DNA of 45,256 nucleotides from Chiloscyllium plagiosum. Taxonomy: Eukaryota. The notes under the pieces were generated by a model. That model made no database searches and was not told the DNA's origin. It saw nothing but the letters and a program-made list of their open reading frames with translations. The position numbers were made by a program, and so were the translations under genes. Shown here piece after piece: positions 18,606 to 32,500 of the stretch (position 1 is the first letter of the stretch; each line of letters starts with the position of its first letter). Where the stretch lies: NCBI RefSeq assembly GCF_004010195.1, contig NC_057719.1:89843562-89888817 (forward strand), read 5' to 3'.

Positions 18606-21600
18606 TGAGTCAAAGAGTCCTAGAGATGTACAGCATAGAAACAGACCCTTCGGTCCAACCCGTCCATGCTGACCAGATATCCCAAACCAATCTAGTCCCA
18701 CCTGCCAGCACCTGGCTCATATCCCTCCAAACCCTTCCTATTCATATACCCAACCAAAAGCCTCTTAAGTGTTGCAATTGTACCAGCCTCCATCACTTCT
18801 TCTGGCAGCTCATTCCATACATGTACCACCCTCTGTGTGAAAATGTTGCCCCTTAGGTCTCTTTTGTATCTTTCCCCTCTCACCCTAAACCTATGCCTTC
18901 TAGTTCTGGACTCCCCCACCCCAGGGAAAAGACTTTGTCTATTTACCCTATCCATGCCCTTCGTGATTTTATAAACCTCTATAAGGTCACCATTCAGCCT
19001 CCGACGCTCCATGGAAAACAGCCCCAGCCTATGCAGCCTCTCCCTATAGCTCAAATCCTCCAACCCTGGCAACATCCTTGTTAATCTTTTTTGAACCCTT
19101 TCAAGTTTCACAAGATCTTTCCGATACGAAGGAGACCAGAATTGCATGCAATATTCCAACAGTGGCCTAACCAATGTCCTGTACAGCCGCAACATGACCT
19201 CCCAATTCCTGTACTCAATACTCTGACCAATAAAGGAAAGCATACCAAACGCCTTCTTCACTATCCTATCCACCTGCGACTCTACTTTCAAGGAGTTACG
19301 AACCTGCACTCCAAGGTCTGTTTGTTCAGCAACACTCCCTAGGACCTTACCATTAAGTGTATACGTCCTGCTAAGATTTGCTTTCCCAAAATGCAGCACC
19401 TCGCAATTATCTAAATTAAACTCCATCTGCCACTTCTCAGCCCATTGGCCCATCTGATCAAGATCCTGTTGTAATCTTCGTTGCCCACTACACTCCAATT
19501 TTGGTGTCATCTGCAAACTTACTAGCTGTACCTGTTATGATCACATCCAAATCATTTATGTAAATGACAAAAATTAGAGGACCCAGCACCAATCCTTGTG
19601 GCACTCCACTGGTCACAGGCCTCCAGTCTGAAAAACAACCCTCCACCACCACCCTCTGTGTTCTACCTTTGAGCCAGTTCTGTATCCAAATGGCTAGTTC
19701 TCCCTGTATTCCATGAGATCTAACCTTGCTAATCAGTCTCCCATGGGGAACCTTGTTGAATGCCTTACTGAAGTCCATATAGATCACATCTACGGCTCTG
19801 CCTTCCTCAATCCTCTTTGTTACTCCTCAAAAAACTCAATCAAGTTTGTGAGACATGATTTCCCACGCATAAAGCCATGTTGATAATCCCTAATCAATCC
19901 TTGCCTTTCCAAATACATGTACATCCTGTCCCTCTAGATTCCCTCCAACAACTTGCCCACCACCGAGGTCAGGCTCACCAGTCTATAGTTCCCTGGCTTG
20001 TCCTTATCACCCTTCTTAAACAGTGGCACCACGTTTGCCAACCTCTGGTCTCCCGGCACCTCACCTGTGACTATCGATGACACAAATATCTCAGCAAGAG
20101 GCCCAGCAATCATTTCTCTAGCTTCCCACAGAGTTCTCGGGTACACCTGATCAGGTCCTGGGGATTTATTCACCTTTATGTGCTTCAAGATATCCAGCAT
20201 TTACTCCGTAATTTGGACATTTTGCAAGGTGTAACCATCTATTTCCCTATATTCTGTATCTTCCATATCCTTTTCCATAGTAAATACTGATGCAAAATAC
20301 TCATTTAGTATCTCCCCCATTTTCTGCGGCTCCACACAAAGGCCGCCTTGCTGATCTTTGAGGGGCCCTATTTTCTCCCTAGTGAGCCTTTTGTCCTTAA
20401 CGTATTTGTAAAAACCCTTTGGATTCTCCTTAATTCTATTTGCCAAAGCTATCTCATGTCCCCTTTTTGCCCTCCTGATTTCCCTCTTAAGTATATTCCT
20501 ACTGCCTTTATACTCTTCTAAGGATTCACTCGATCTATCCTGATTATACTTTCTATATGCCTCCTTTTTCTTAACCACACCCTCAATTTCTTTAGTCATC
20601 CAGCATTCCCGATAGCTACCAGCCTTTTCTTTCACCCTAATAGGAGTATACTTTCTCTGGATTCTCGTTTCTGAAGGCTTTCCATTTTCTAGCCGTCCCT
20701 TTACCTGGGAACATTTGCCCCCAATCAGCTTTCGAAAGTTCTTGCCTAATACCATCAAAATTGGTCTTTCTCCACTTTAGAACTTCAACTTTTAGATCTG
20801 GTTTATCTTTTTCCATCACTATTTTCAATCTAATAGAATTATGGTCGCTGGCCCCAATGTGCTCCCCCACTGACAGCTCAGTCCCCTGCCCTGCCTTATT
20901 TCCCAAGAGTAGGTCAAGTTTTGCACCTTCTCGAGTAGGTACATCCACATATTGAATCAGAAAATTTTCTTGTACACACTTAACAAAATCCTCTCCATCT
21001 AAACCCTTAACACAGTGGCAGTCCCAGTCTATGTTTTAGAAAGTTAAAATCCCCTACGATAACTACCCTATTATTCTTACAGATAGCTGAGATCTTCTTA
21101 CACATTTGTTTCTCAATTTCCCTCTGGCTATTAGGAGGTTTGCAATACAATTCCAATAAGGTGATCATCCCTTTCTTATTTCTCAGTTCCACCCAAATAA
21201 CTTCCCTGGATGTATTTCCAGGAATATCCTCCATCAGCACAGCTGTTATGCTATCCCTTATCAAAAATGCCATTCCCCCTCCTCTCTCGCCTCCCTTTCT
21301 ATCCTTCCTGTAGCATTTGTATCCTGGAACATTAAGCTGCCAGTCCTGCCCATCCTTGAGCCATGTTTCTGTAATTGCTAGTATATCCCAGTCCCATGTC
21401 CCTAACCATGCCCTGAGTTCATCTGCCTTCCCTGTTAGGCCCGTTGCATTGAAGTAAGTGCAGTTTAATTTATTAGAGCTACCTTGTGCCTGCCTGCCCT
21501 GACTGCTTGACTCGCTTCTGTTCTCAACTGTATCAGTCTCTGATTGACCTCTTTCCTCACCATCTCCCTCGGTCCCACCCCCTCCACCTTACTAGTTTAA

Positions 21601-22430
21601 ATCCTCCCGAGCAGCTCCAGCAAATTTCCCTGACAGTATATTATTCCCCTTCCAATTTAGGTGCAATCCATCCTTCTTGTACAGGTCACTCCTACCCCAA
21701 AAGAGGTTCCAATGATCCAAAAATGTGTATCCTTCTCCCATACACCAGCTCCTCAGCTATGCATTCATCTGCTCTATCCTCCTATTCCTGCCCTCACTAG
21801 CTCATAGCACTGGGAGTAATCCAGATATTACTACTCTCGAGGACCTCCTTTTTAAATTCCTGCCTAACTCTCTGTAATCTCCCTTCAGACTCTCAACCTT
21901 TTCCCTTCCTAAGTCGTTGGTTCCAATGTGGACAATGACCTCTTGCTGGCCCCTCTCCCCCGTGAGAACATTCTACACCAGGGAAGCAGAACACTATTCT
22001 GATTTTTCGCTGTTGGCCACAGAAACGTCTCTCTATACCTCGGACTAGAGAATCCCCTAACACAATTGATCTCTTGGAACCTGACGTACCCCTCGTTGCA
22101 TTAGAGCCAGTCTCAATATCAGAAACTTGGCTGTTCGTGCTATGTTCCCCTAAGAATCCATCCCCCCCCCACTTATATTTTCCAAAATAGCATACTTGTT
22201 TGAAATGGGTATATCCACAAATGACTCCTACCCTAGGTGCCGACCTCTCTTACCTTTCCTGGAGTTAACCCATCTATGTGACTGTATCTGAGACTTTTCC
22301 CCCCTTCCTATAACTGCCATCCATCACACACTGTTGTTGCAAATTCCTCATTGCTTCTAACTGTCTCTCCAACCGATCCATTCAATTTGATAAGATTTGC
22401 AACCAACAAAATTTATGGCAGATATAATCA
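18606..22430 (-). mobile_element. Near full-length CR1 LINE: ORF1 (Zn finger plus SGNH esterase) and frameshifted ORF2 (APE endonuclease plus RT)
   Basis: ORF1 IVLGDSLV and FLDHWNLFWGRSDLYKKDGLHLN; endonuclease VVIVGDFN and [38 protein letters not shown]; 274-aa C-terminal ORF at 18692-19516. Confidence 0.95.
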
Positions 22431-22559
22431 GAGAACAGTGATGAAGAATAGGAAGCCTTCAAGAAAGAGAGTTCATTTATAGACTTGCTTTGCATGCCTT
22501 CCCTCATGGAATAATAGAACTCACTGAATGATAAGACAGTTGACTAAAATTCTCAGGAC

Positions 22560-24285
22560 ATCTGAGTTTCTTAATAGTCAAGAACCAGGCTAAATATATT
22601 AAGTAAAACTGAGGAAGAAATTAAGTAGGACATGGAGACAGTATGAAAATAGATTCATGGGTAACATAAAACAGACTCCAAAAGTGTAATTATAAACAGT
22701 CGAAAGATAATCAAAGAAATGTTGGGGCTGATTTATGGATGAAAAAGAGGCAGTCAGAAAAGTTGAGGTATTAAGCAAGTACTTTAAATTTGTTTTCACT
22801 AAATAGGAATATGCTGCTTATGTCAGAAAGGAGGAAATTGTACAGGATGAAAACAACTGAACAGGAGACACTGAAAAGGTTAGCAGCCCTCAAAGTGACA
22901 AAGTCCAAATCTGGATGTGATGGACCCTTTTTTTTTCTGGAGGATGTTAAGTAGTAATAGAGGCTCATTCTACAGTCCTCCTTGGGTGTAGAGTGGTGGT
23001 AAAGGGCTGAAATACTGTATATGTTTCACCAACATTGAAAAAGGAGAAAATTAAATCAGATCACCACAAGCAAGTCAGTGAATGGCAGGAAAACCTCTAG
23101 AGACACAAGTCCCAGTTTTCAGTTTTAAAAAATAGCAAAAAAATGAGTTATTTCTTCAACCAGTTGGTGGAATTCTCTTTCACAAGTAGTTGAAGCCAAA
23201 GCGTTGGATATTTGAAGGAGTTAAATATAGTTCTTTGGGGTAAACTGATCAAAGGGTATGGGGAGAAAGTGGGAACAGGGTTTACTTAGAGTCTATCATA
23301 ATCATGTTGAAAGGCTCAAAGGGCCAAATGGACGACTCCTGTTCCTATTTTCTATGTATGTTTGACTTGGTGGAGTTCTTTGGAGTCAGGGAGAACGTTA
23401 ATTGGGATAGTGCAGTTGATTTGCAATATGGACTTGCAAAAGTCATTTATTAAAGCACCACAAAATAGACTTATTAATCACATTCAAGGAATAATTGCAA
23501 CATTCATACAAAATTGACTAAGCACACACATGGTGAAGTGGTGTTTTTTCAGACTGGAAGTAGTGTACTAGCAGTATCATATTAAGACCACTGTTCTTTT
23601 TCTTGATGTATATTAATGACCTAGACTTGTGTGTAGAGAATAGAATTCCAGAGTTTGGGGTGACACAGCCCTCAACTGTAGTGAACAATGAGGAGGAGAA
23701 TTCAAGATGACACCAGCTGGGGAAATAGGAAATGATCTCCTACAACCTCTTCTGTCAGACAGAAGATGCAGAAGCCTGAACACATACACCAGCAGCCATT
23801 ATTAGACTATTGAATGGACTCTCTAGTCTCAGATAATACTGATCTTGCTAACGTTGATCTCTCATACACCCTGTGCAATATAACCTGTACACCTCTGTCT
23901 GAATATTTTGATCTGTACATCCTTGCTGTACTGCTCATAAACAAAGCTTTTCATTGTACTTCGTGGCAATAAATCAATCAATCAAGACACAGCAGATGAA
24001 ATTTAATACAAGAATATATGCAGGGAATTAATTTTGGAAGGTGGATTGATTAACAAGCCACTGTAAAATTAAAGAATTTATTTACACAGCAAGTTATGTT
24101 TTGGAATACCCTACCTGAAAGGGTATTAGAAGTAAATTCATTAGGAGCGCACAAAAGGGAATTGGATAACTGAGAAGGAGTATTTAAAGGCAAAGGTCCA
24201 GGAAGTGGGATGAATTAGATAGTTCTATTAAAGAAGTTAGATAGAATGGCTTCTTTCTTTGTTATATCATTTTCTAATTCAAAAG
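22560..24285 (+). mobile_element. Highly degenerate CR1 fragments
   Basis: Remnants of ORF2 (atggacttgcaaaagtcattt, tattaatgacctagact) and two CR1-type tails near 23355 and 24280. Confidence 0.55.
23735..23985 (+). mobile_element. Rex1/Babar-like LINE 3' end
   Basis: ctcttctgtcagacagaagatgcagaagcctg...gccattattagactattgaatgg (LPSGRRYRS...IRLLN type), ending aataaatcaatcaatcaa. Confidence 0.6.
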
Positions 24286-24959
24286 GTCTGGACTTCACAC
24301 TTAGACCAAGCTGATTTTCTTTAGCTATTTAAAACATCAAATCCTATTCATAACTGTTGATTCTTAATTTAAATATTTTGCACCTGTTCTTCTAACTGTC
24401 AAATTTCAGTACAGACCCCGGGATACAGGAGCAGGAAGCAATCATATCCATGAAATCGCATACTTTTTAATTCTTTTCCCCCATCCTTTAAAATTACCAC
24501 AGCCCAATTTTGTACTGCTCACATAGTACAGAATGAGAAGTTACAGCAGCTCAGTTAGAATTGTTTGACTGCTAACTTGATTTCAGTGAAAGTTGGTTAA
24601 CTTTTTGTCCTTTCAATCTCAGCTGTTCTGAAGCAGAGAAATTCTTTCAGTGCTCTTTACAGTTTGACAGCAGCAGCCTGCACTTACGGCTTATACCTCT
24701 GCCTGACTGTGGTTGGGTTCTTATGTCCATGGTAGTGACTTCAATAGTAACCATAATTCAAGTTTTGCCTGATCCAGTTTTCATCAACAAAAGTGATACT
24801 GTGGTGAAGACCCACCACCAAGTAGTTAATACTCTGTTTGAAGACCAGTTGTGACCAAGTTATTACAGGATGGAATTAACACAACGAGACCATAAGGAGC
24901 AGAAGTTGGCCATTCAGTTCATTGATTCTATTTTGCCATTCAGTGAGATCATGGCTGCT

Positions 24960-25292
24960 TTTTTTAAAAATCCATTCTTGGGATATGACAATACTGGCCA
25001 GGCCAACATTTATTCCCCATCCCTAATTGCCCAGAGGAAAGTTAATTGTCAACCACATTGCTGTGGGTCTGGAGTCACATGTAGCCCCGACCAGGTAAAG
25101 AACATTAGCAGACCAGATAGGTTTTCCAACAATCGACAATGGTTTCACAGTCACCATTAAACTCCTAATTTCAGATACTTATTGAATCAAATTCTACCAT
25201 CTGCCATGGCAGGATTTGAACCCAGGTCCCCATGAAATTACCTAGGTCTCTGGATAGATAGTCTAACAATAATACTCCTATGCCATCATCTT
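24960..25292 (-). mobile_element. tRNA-headed SINE with LINE-derived tail
   Basis: Minus-strand B-box-like gggttcaaatcctgccatggcagatgg; homologous to 37880-38200. Confidence 0.65.
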
Positions 25293-25439
25293 CCCTTAAA
25301 TAATGATGATAATGCTCATCGCCATTTTCTTGCCTTATTCTCATAATCTTCAATTCCCTTACTGGATAAAAATCTGTCTATGTCAGTCTTGAATATTCTT
25401 CAACAGCCCTCTTTGGTAAGGAATTCCACAGATTCACTT

Positions 25440-26706
25440 CAATACAAAAATTGGTGGGATGGTAAATAATGAAGAGGATGGCCTTGGATTACAGGAGGAT
25501 ATAGATGGCTGATCAACGGCAAATACAGCAATACAATCCTTTATCCACAGTCCCGAAATCCAAAAAGCTCTGAAATCCAAAGTTTTTTTGTGAAGTTTTT
25601 TTTGTCTCCATAACAAGGTTGTTTGGCATGCAAACAGTTAACCCAACTCCACACCCACTCAACCCACATCACTCCGATGTGACATGGCGGGGTTGGCCCA
25701 GCACAAGCAGGCATCAATTCTGTCTCTGCTCGTAGTACTCTCAGGTTCGCCTGCTGTCGCTAAGTTTTTTTTTTAATTTCACCGTTAAACTGTCACTTAT
25801 TCTGAAATCCGAAAAATTCCAAATTCCGAAAACCAGCTGGTCCTAAGGGTTTCAGATAAAGGATTGTGTACCTGTAGTATTCAATCCAGATAATTGTGAG
25901 GTGATGCGCTTGGGCAGGACAAACAAGGCATGTGAATACATGATAAGCAACAAGATGTGTGTATGTACATCAGTTCCTTAAGGTGTCAAGGGCAGGTGGA
26001 TAACATGGCTACGGCACCATATGGAAACTTTCTGAGGAAGTGTCACCCAACCCGAAACATTAATTCTGATTTCTCTTCATAGATGCTGCCAGACCTGCTA
26101 AGCTTTGTACATGGTAGACTTGGCTTTATTATCCAAATCATAGATTTTAAGAGCAGGGAGAGTATTGCTGGAACTATGTAAAATGTTGGTTAGATAGAAT
26201 ATTGTGTGCAAATTTGGAATACACATTAAAGGAGGAATATGAAAGTACTGGAGACGGTACAGAGGAGATTTGACAGGATGTTGACAGGGCTGGAGAATTT
26301 CAATTATGAAGAGAAATTGGACTGATCTGTGGTATTTCTTGGAGCAGAGGAAATTGAGGGGTGGCATGATTGAGATGTATAAAATTATGAGGAGCATAGG
26401 GTAGATAGGAAAGAACTATTTCCCCTTGATAGAAGAATCAATGACCAGGAGCATAGATTTAAGACAAGGGGCAGAAGGTTTAAAGGAAATGTGAGGAAAA
26501 ACGTTACCATCCTTTTAAAGATCAAGGGTTCCATCCTCCGAATGATTGAGACAGAAACCCTGATAACACTGAAGAAGTAGTTATGCTGTCACGGCATACA
26601 AGGAATACTGTTAACTGGGGCTAGAATAGCTGGGTTAGAATAGTTTTTGGCTGGTGCAGGCACAATGGGCCGAATGTCCTTTTTCTGTGCTGTAGATCTC
26701 TATGAC
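25440..26706 (+). mobile_element. CR1 LINE RT/3' fragment interrupted by a MITE and a pLTR fragment (about 26030-26100)
   Basis: attcaatccagataattgtgaggtgatgc (FN.DKCEVMH) and tail ctgtgctgtagatctctatgac; nested in an older minus-strand CR1. Confidence 0.75.
25526..25874. mobile_element. Tc1/mariner (pogo/Tigger-type) MITE
   Basis: TIRs CAGCAATACAATCCTTTATC and GATAAAGGATTGTGTACCTG (17/20 match), TA on both sides, internal ccgaaatcc repeats. Confidence 0.75.
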
Positions 26707-27157
26707 ACTAACCTCTAAGAGAAAATGTTCCTCCTCCTGTTAAATGTTGTATTTATGATCCCTTACTCTGAGATTATGCCCCCGAAGAATCTTGTATGTT
26801 TCAATAAGGTCTCCTCTTATTCTTCCACGTTTCAATGAGTACAACACCAACCTCCTTGATCTCCCCTTATAAGAAAATTCTTCCATACCCAACTCAATCT
26901 AATGTATCTTCTTTGAGCTGCCTCCAATGGAAGTATGTCTTTCCTAAGACAACAGAAACAAAATTGCTCACAATGTTTCAGGTGTCTTGTACATTTGTAA
27001 CAAGAATATTTTTATACACCATTCTCTCTGAAATAAAGGTTAATAGTCTATTCGCCTTCCCCATTACCTGCTGACCTTGGATACAAGCTGTTTGTGATTC
27101 GTGGACAAGGACTCACAAACACCTGTGTGCTGTAGCTTTCTGCAGTCTTTCCTTTAA

Positions 27158-27750
27158 AGGCAAAATACCATGGGTGCTAGAAATCTGAAACAATGAAGAT
27201 GCTGGTGAAACTCCATAGGTTTCATATCAGTGGAAGGAGAAACAGAGTTAACATTTCAAATCCAATTGGATTCTTCAGAGCTAAGATTTGAAGAAGAGTC
27301 ATACAAGTTCTAAAGAGAAGTCATACTGGACTCTCTCTCTCTCTCACTCACTCACACACACACTCTCTCACACACACACCTCTGATTTACCTCTTTTACC
27401 TGCTGTGTTTTTCCAGTATGCTATTTGATTCAGATCTTCTCTTCTTCCGACCAAAGTGCATAACCTCACATTTCCACATGTCATGTTCCATCTGCTAAAT
27501 ATTTGCCCACTCACTTAGCTTGTCCATCTCCGTCGCCTTCATCCATTATGGATTAATTCAAAGAAAATAACTAATTGTGGATGATAGAAATCAGAAGCAA
27601 AAACACAAATTATTGGAACAACTCAGCAGGTCTGGCAACATCTATGGAGAGAAAGCAGAGTTAAAGTTTTGGGTCCAGTTTGGATCACTGCTTTGTTTCA
27701 ACAAATGCTACCAGACCTGCTTTTCCAGCAATTTCAGATTTTGCTTCTCA
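27158..27750. mobile_element. Two degenerate inverted Penelope pLTR insertions with a (CT)n(CA)n microsatellite (27329-27379)
   Basis: aactcagcaggtctggcaacatc and its inverse atgctaccagacctgc; gagaaacagagttaacatttc motifs. Confidence 0.5.
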
Positions 27751-29048
27751 CTTGATCTAAGATAATTTCTTGCTGTTGTAGTTACTTCATTTCATACCAA
27801 AAAAGCTACCCCACCACCATTGCCCTCTTGACTGACCTTTTAATAAGTATCATAAGTAAGAGGCTTTAAGCAAATAAATTTTACTTTCTTTAATCACTAT
27901 TCCTGCCCATTCTGGGTATCATTATCAAAAATAGTTGCCTTGCAATGCCACCATATCCTCTTACTGTGTAAGCCTACATATCCTCTCTCATCCTCTAACT
28001 AGTTTAATGTCCTCTCTACAGCCCTGGTTAAGAGACAAGAGTTTTTGAGTCTGCTGATTGCTTGCTGCCTCAGTATGTACATTATATGTTGTTTCACTTT
28101 TGTCTTTGTTTTTTTAACATTGTTAAGAATATCACAACCCGTAATAATACATTCCCTTCCCTGCCTTCTCCTTTCTAAGTCTTTTGGAACATAGAGCAGT
28201 ACAGCATTAGAAACAAGCCTGTTGGCTCCTGTCTGTGCCAATCATGATGCCATTCTAAACTAATTTAGAATGTCTGCACATGGTCCACATCCATGTATTC
28301 CTTGTCTGTTCACGTTTGTCTAAAACCCCTTAAGCATTGCTATTGTATCTGCTTCTACCAACTCCCTGAAAGATAATTCCAGGCACCTGCCACCCTCTGT
28401 ATAAAAAAAATTATTTGCACATCTTCTTTAAACTTTTCCCCCTTACCAACTTCTGTCCCCTATTATTTAACATTTCTGCTCTAGTAAAACAAACACCACT
28501 AACCATCCTATCCATGCCTCTCATAATTTTACTTCCATCAAGTTGCCCCCTCAGATTCCAATGCTCTAGCGAAAACAATTCAAGTGTGTCTGATCTTCCC
28601 TAATATGCTTCAATCACGGCAACATCCTGGTAAACCTCTTTTGCACCCTCTCCAAAGGCTCCATATCCTTCCTGTTGTGTTACGGCCAGAACTGCATACA
28701 ATACATCAAATGTGGCCTAACTGTTTTACGTCACTGCAACATGAATTGCCAACATTTATACTCAACGCCCTGACCGATGAAGGAAAGCAAGCATTACAAC
28801 TTCTTTACCACCTTATCCACTTGTGTTGCCATTTTCAGGGAGCTGTGAACTTGGACCCAAGATCCTTCTATACATCAGTGCTCCTAAAGGTTCTGCCATT
28901 TTGCGTAAACTTTACTGTTGCGTTTGACCTCCCAAAATGTGTCACCTCACACTTGTCCAGATTAACCTTTCTTTCCAACTGAGCTATTATGTTCTTTAGG
29001 CGAAAGCGAGTACTGCAGGTGCTGGAGATTAGAGTGGTGCTGGAAAAG

Positions 29049-29419
29049 NNNNNNNNNNNNNNNNNNNNNNNNNNNNNNNNNNNNNNNNNNNNNNNNNNNN
29101 NNNNNNNNNNNNNNNNNNNNNNNNNNNNNNNNNNNNNNNNNNNNNNNNNNNNNNNNNNNNNNNNNNNNNNNNNNNNNNNNNNNNNNNNNNNNNNNNNNNN
29201 NNNNNNNNNNNNNNNNNNNNNNNNNNNNNNNNNNNNNNNNNNNNNNNNNNNNNNNNNNNNNNNNNNNNNNNNNNNNNNNNNNNNNNNNNNNNNNNNNNNN
29301 NNNNNNNNNNNNNNNNNNNNNNNNNNNNNNNNNNNNNNNNNNNNNNNNNNNNNNNNNNNNNNNNNNNNNNNNNNNNNNNNNNNNNNNNNNNNNNNNNNNN
29401 NNNNNNNNNNNNNNNNNNN
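29049..29419. other. Assembly gap (N run) inside an inverted Penelope pLTR insertion (about 28998-29468)
   Basis: Left flank gattagagtggtgctggaaaag and right flank cttttccagtatcactctaatc are near reverse complements. Confidence 0.85.
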
Positions 29420-29776
29420 TGCCATCTGACCTGCTATGCTTTTCCAGTATCACTCTAATCTTGACTCTAGTATGTTCTTCGGCTACCTTTCCCACAGTGT
29501 ACAAGTCCACAAATTTTGGTGTTGTCTGGTAACGTACTATTCACACCACCTACATTTCCATCCAGATGATTTATATATGTTACAAACAACACAGGCAGAA
29601 CACTGGTCACAGAGAAACACACCTCCACAACTGCATTCTGATCAAGCCAACTTTGCATCCAACTTAATACTCACCATGAATCCCATGCGAATTAATCTTC
29701 TGGACCATCCTCCCATGAGGGACCTTATCACATGCTTTAGTAAAGTCCACATAAACAGCATACTTTCATCAATCAT

Positions 29777-29950
29777 AAAGTTAAAAATCACACAACATCA
29801 GGTTATAGTCCAACAGGTTTAATTGTGCAACCACCTGATGAAGGAGCAGCACTCTGAAAGCGAGCGCTTCCAATTAACCCTGTTGGACTATAACCTGGTA
29901 TTGTGTGATTTTTAACTTTGTACAACCCAGTCCAACACCGGCATCTCCAA
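29777..29950. mobile_element. Short inverted Penelope pLTR insertion of a third family, 12-bp TSD
   Basis: TTCATCAATCAT at 29765-29776 and 29951-29962; ~49-bp inverted arms; cacCTGATGAAGGAGCAGCACTCTGAAAGC hammerhead remnant at about 29835-29864. Confidence 0.8.
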
Positions 29951-31217
29951 TTCATCAATCATCTTCACTACATCCTCAAAACACACAGTTTGGGAGCCAA
30001 ACTGCACAAAGAGATGCTGACTATCCCTAGTAAGTCCGTCCTTTTCCAAATGTGATGAAATCCTGTCCCTATGAATCTTCTCCAATAATTTCCCCACCAC
30101 TGATGTAAGGCTCATCAATCTATAATTTCCTGGATTACCCTTCATAAACAAAGGGACAATATTGGCTATTTTCCAGTATTTTGGAATAAGAAGATACAAA
30201 GATTTCTGTTAAGGTTCCAACAATCTCATCACTTAACTCCCTCAGTATCCTGAGAGAGATCCCATCAGGCCCTGGAGACTTAACTGCTATAATGTTCTTC
30301 AAGGCATAGTACACTACTTTCTTAATATCAAAGTACCCTAGAATATCAATGTCCCTCTCCCTAATCTTGCCGTCACCCATGTCCTCCTCCTTGGTGAATA
30401 CCAAAGTACTCATTAACAACCTCATCCACTTCTTCTGGCTACATGCATAAATTTCCTCCTTTTGTCTGAGTAGATCTACCCTTTCCATAACTAACCTCTT
30501 GCTCCTAATGTATGCCTTAGTATTCTCCTTAATCCTACTTATCAAGGACATTTCATGACTCCTTTAGCCCACCTAGTTCCTTGTTTAAGTTCTTTCTTGC
30601 TTCCTTTATATTCCTCAATGGCCTTGTCTGATTAGTTTCCTAAACCTTACATAGACTTCTCATTTTCCTTTTGACTAAACTTTCAATACCTCTTGTCATC
30701 CAGGGTTCCCAAATCTTGCTATCTTTTTCTTTCATCCTCACTGGAATGTATCCGGAACTCAGATCACTGGCCTTTAAAAGACTCCCACATAACAGATGTG
30801 GATTTACTCCTCAGCCACCCCCAAATTAATTTCTCCTGCCTAATACTGTTGCAATTAACATTTCCAGAATGTAACACTTACACCCAAGAACCAGTCTTAT
30901 CCCAAAATGCTTCCCCACTGAAAAATCCATCATCTGGCCAGCTCATTCCTAATACAAAGTCTAGTACAGCCGCATTCCTAGTTGGACTATCTGTATGTTG
31001 TTCCAAGAAACCCTCCAACCTAACGAATGCTGCCCCATCTAAACCCCTATTAATAAGGAAATCCCAGTCAATATTGGGTAAGTTAAAATCGCACATTACA
31101 ACAACCCTACTTTTACATCTTCCCACAGTCTGCCTACATCCTTTAGCTCCTGCTGGCTATCCAGGGTTCCTAAATCTTGCCATCCCATCATTGTGATAGC
31201 ACGTTTCTCATTCCTGA

Positions 31218-31575
31218 GGGGCGGCCTGGTGGCTCAGTGGTTAGCACTGCTGCCTCACAGCACCAGGGGCCTGAATTCGATTCCACTCTCAGGCAACTAT
31301 CTGTGTGGAGTTTGCGCATTGTCCCAGTGTTTGCGTGGTTTTTCTCCAGGTGGTCTGGTTTTCTCCCACAGTCCAAAAATGTGCGGGCTAGGTGGATTAC
31401 CCATGCTAAATTGCCCCATGGTGTCCAGAGATGTGCAGGGCAGGTGGATTATCCATGGGAAGTGCAGGGTTACAGGGATAGAGTAGGCAGCTAGGTGTTG
31501 GTGGGACCCTCTTCAGACAATGTGTACTTAATGGGCAGAATGCCCTGTTTCCATACTAGGGATTCTAGGATTCTA
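31218..31575 (+). mobile_element. HE1-like V-SINE
   Basis: A box ggtggctcagtggttagc, B box-like gaattcgattcc and V-domain. Confidence 0.88.
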
Positions 31576-31959
31576 CCCATATGACTTTGTTGGATGAGCC
31601 CTTCAAGATGTCCTCTCTTCATACAACTGTGACATTCTCCTTAATCAGTAATACAATTCCCCCATGCTTTTATGGCTACAACATCACAGTTCCATGCTCA
31701 GCTCCCTTAACTGTTACACTTTTTTGCATTAACATAAACACACTTCAGACTGCCAGTCCTGCCATTTTCTTTAACCTGGCCTGCCTGTTCTTCCTCTTGT
31801 ACTTGCATGACTTAACCTCTGCCTTCTCCTCAATCACTCCACATTCTAACCTATTGCTGAAGCCCTTTGTCCTACACCATGCATTCAACTATATTATCTT
31901 CCTATTTCTGGCCTCAACTAGCACATGACACAGGGAATAAATCCTTCCAACATATGATT

Positions 31960-32500
31960 CTATTTTTTTCTCTTCTGGATCATTTCTCATCACACCGAAA
32001 TTTTCTTTCTCCAAGTTAATTATTCATGTTCTGGATTGCCCTTTTTCAGTAGTCAGCCTAAACCTCATGATTCTGTGATCACTGTTCCGTAAATATTATT
32101 CTACTGACACTTATCCACTTGGTCCACCTAATTCCTGTTGACCAGGTCTATCAGTGCCTCCTTCCTTGGTGGATTGAACACATACTAGGTTAGAAGATTT
32201 ACCCTAATACACTTGAGGAATTCTTGAGGAACTCTGCCCCTTATGCTACTACTATCTCAGTCTGTATTTTGATAATTAAAGTCTCTCATTATAACTAATC
32301 AATACTGCTACTGCGCCCCATTTTCCTTTGCTGCCTTTCCTGGGCATCATCTATCCAGAAATATTTAGTTTCTAGCCCTGTCCTTCTTTGAGCCAGATCC
32401 CTTATAGCCACTACATCATATTTCCACATGGTAATGTGTGCCTGTAAATCACCAATCTCATTTACCATAGCCCATGCATTCACAAAAGTCACAGTAACCT
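31960..32500 (-). mobile_element. Old CR1 endonuclease-region fragment; likely continues at 34230-34760
   Basis: FVNAWAMVNEIGDL...YDVVAI in the minus ORF 32295-32492. Confidence 0.6.

Larger units (their letters stand above)
28185..31920 (-). mobile_element. Degenerate CR1 LINE with nested insertions and an assembly gap
   Basis: DKCEVTHFG, NPGNYRLMSLTSVVGKLLEK, KSPGPDGI and CDFNLPNIDW motifs in the minus ORFs. Confidence 0.85.

Noticed and set aside
18692..19516. 274-aa ORF as a host or domesticated gene
   Set aside because: It is the CR1 ORF2 C-terminus within a frameshifted copy.
28868..29510. Long ORFs spanning X residues
   Set aside because: Produced by the N gap.
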